Below, piece after piece: positions 63,000-64,000 of a stretch of 64,000 nucleotides of DNA; position 1 is the first letter of the stretch; each line of letters starts with the position of its first letter. The DNA is from an uncultured Gammaproteobacteria bacterium (GTDB taxonomy: Bacteria > Pseudomonadota > Gammaproteobacteria > JAURND01). The notes under the pieces are model-generated. The model ran no database searches, was not told where the DNA came from, and saw only the letters and a list, made by a program, of their open reading frames with translations. Location: positions 1,056,001 through 1,120,000 of the forward strand of contig CAVQQD010000002.1 in the NCBI GenBank assembly GCA_963714975.1, read 5' to 3'. Made by a program: the position numbers and the translations under genes.

Positions 63000-64000
63000 C
63001 TAAGCCCCCCTATCAATAACTTTCGCTGAGCTGCCATTTTCACAAGCAGTAATTAATTCATTTTGCAGGGGCATCAAATCTTGGCGATTTTTTTCACCCA
63101 GGGGAGCTGTTTGGTTGACTTCACTCAATGAGGTGGTGCTAGAGCAACTAGATCCAAAGAAAGCCGATTGACTGGCATGGAGAGAAGGAGGAGTGCTAAT
63201 CGATGATGGTATTGTAACTAGGGTTTGCTGTGTCTCCAGGCTAGATTGTGGCATAAGGTGGGTGCTTTCCTTTTTTTCTGGTTCCTTAGGCGTCTTAATA
63301 TCGGTGGGTCGCGTAGAGACAAATTGGCTGCCATCGTTTAGCTTTTTTCCAGTAGAAGAGTTAGGGCTAATACTAGGTTGCGCCGTTTTTTCTTTTACTT
63401 CACTCTCTTGGACGACTTGCCATAATTGATCGAGCTGCTTGACCAATAATTCAGCCTCAGGACGTTTTTCAGGTGCTTGCCAACACTCTTGAACAATCGT
63501 TTTAAATCCTGCAGGTGTATCAGGTGGAAAAGTTTCTTTCTTTCCACCTATAATCAAATCGACAAGCATACCTGTCACTTCTTTATAGGGTGCTTTACGG
63601 CTGGCTAACTCCCACAGTATCATACCTGCGCTATACACATCCGATTTTTTTGTGGACGGGTTACGTTGGAGAATTTCAGGAGCAGCCCACAATATACTGC
63701 CTTGAAAATCACTGCCTTGAAAATCTTCTTCAGGGATCGCTGCAGAGCTGGTTTTAAACTTTGCTGAGCCAAAGTCAGCTAATTTAGCACGACCATTACT
63801 ATTGAGCAGAACATTGGGGCTTTTTAAATCACAATGCAAAATATCTTTATTGTGTAAATCACGTAGACCAATACTGATATCTAAGCCAATACGATAACGG
63901 GTATCCCAAGAGATATTTTGTCTACTGTGTAATAAATCATATAAGTTACCTCCCGGCATATATTCCATCACCAAGCAATAATGTGGTTTTTCTAAGCTGA
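63000..64000 (-). CDS. Eukaryote-like protein kinase (TKL-like), 5' end outside window
   Basis: VMEYM.GG.L, HCDLKSPNVLL, DFG, WAAPE, SDVYS.GMILWEL, CW...PEKRP. Confidence 0.9.
   Translation of the reverse strand, partial: SLEKPHYCLVMEYMPGGNLYDLLHSRQNISWDTRYRIGLDISIGLRDLHNKDILHCDLKSPNVLLNSNGRAKLADFGSAKFKTSSAAIPEEDFQGSDFQGSILWAAPEILQRNPSTKKSDVYSAGMILWELASRKAPYKEVTGMLVDLIIGGKKETFPPDTPAGFKTIVQECWQAPEKRPEAELLVKQLDQLWQVVQESEVKEKTAQPSISPNSSTGKKLNDGSQFVSTRPTDIKTPKEPEKKESTHLMPQSSLETQQTLVTIPSSISTPPSLHASQSAFFGSSCSSTTSLSEVNQTAPLGEKNRQDLMPLQNELITACENGSSAKVIDRGA

Overview
Chromosomal window of an AT-rich gammaproteobacterium. Gene content (short-form CCA enzyme, cytoplasmic PAS hybrid kinase, eukaryote-like kinase, orphan effector-like ORFs, decayed thrA) suggests a Legionellales/Coxiellaceae-like host-associated organism; this is inference. 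Housekeeping blocks: midA-queD/cca, yraN-gmhA-BON, tsaC, bioA/bioFCD, a long minus-strand run rpsB-tsf-pyrH-frr-uppS-cdsA-dxr-bamA-skp-lpxD-fabZ-lpxA-ribD-(DUF29)-ribE-ribBA-ribH-perM, map, lolCD. Accessory DNA: a 5.9-kb integrase element in tRNA-Thr(TGT) with a 45-bp att repeat, a relic of a second element (RhuM), a MITE-like inverted repeat, a frameshifted thrA, and an AAA-ATPase/HipAB islet. Most notable is a formyltransferase-initiated two-module NRPS (F-A-T-E-C-A-T-TE; predicted formyl-D-Thr-Phe) translationally coupled to a PAS hybrid histidine kinase. Its reading frame is broken by two exactly compensating 1-bp differences in twin GC-rich repeats. Several palindromic repeat families have entered coding sequences (bioC, ribE, NRPS). 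All calls come from reading motifs by eye; no searches were run.
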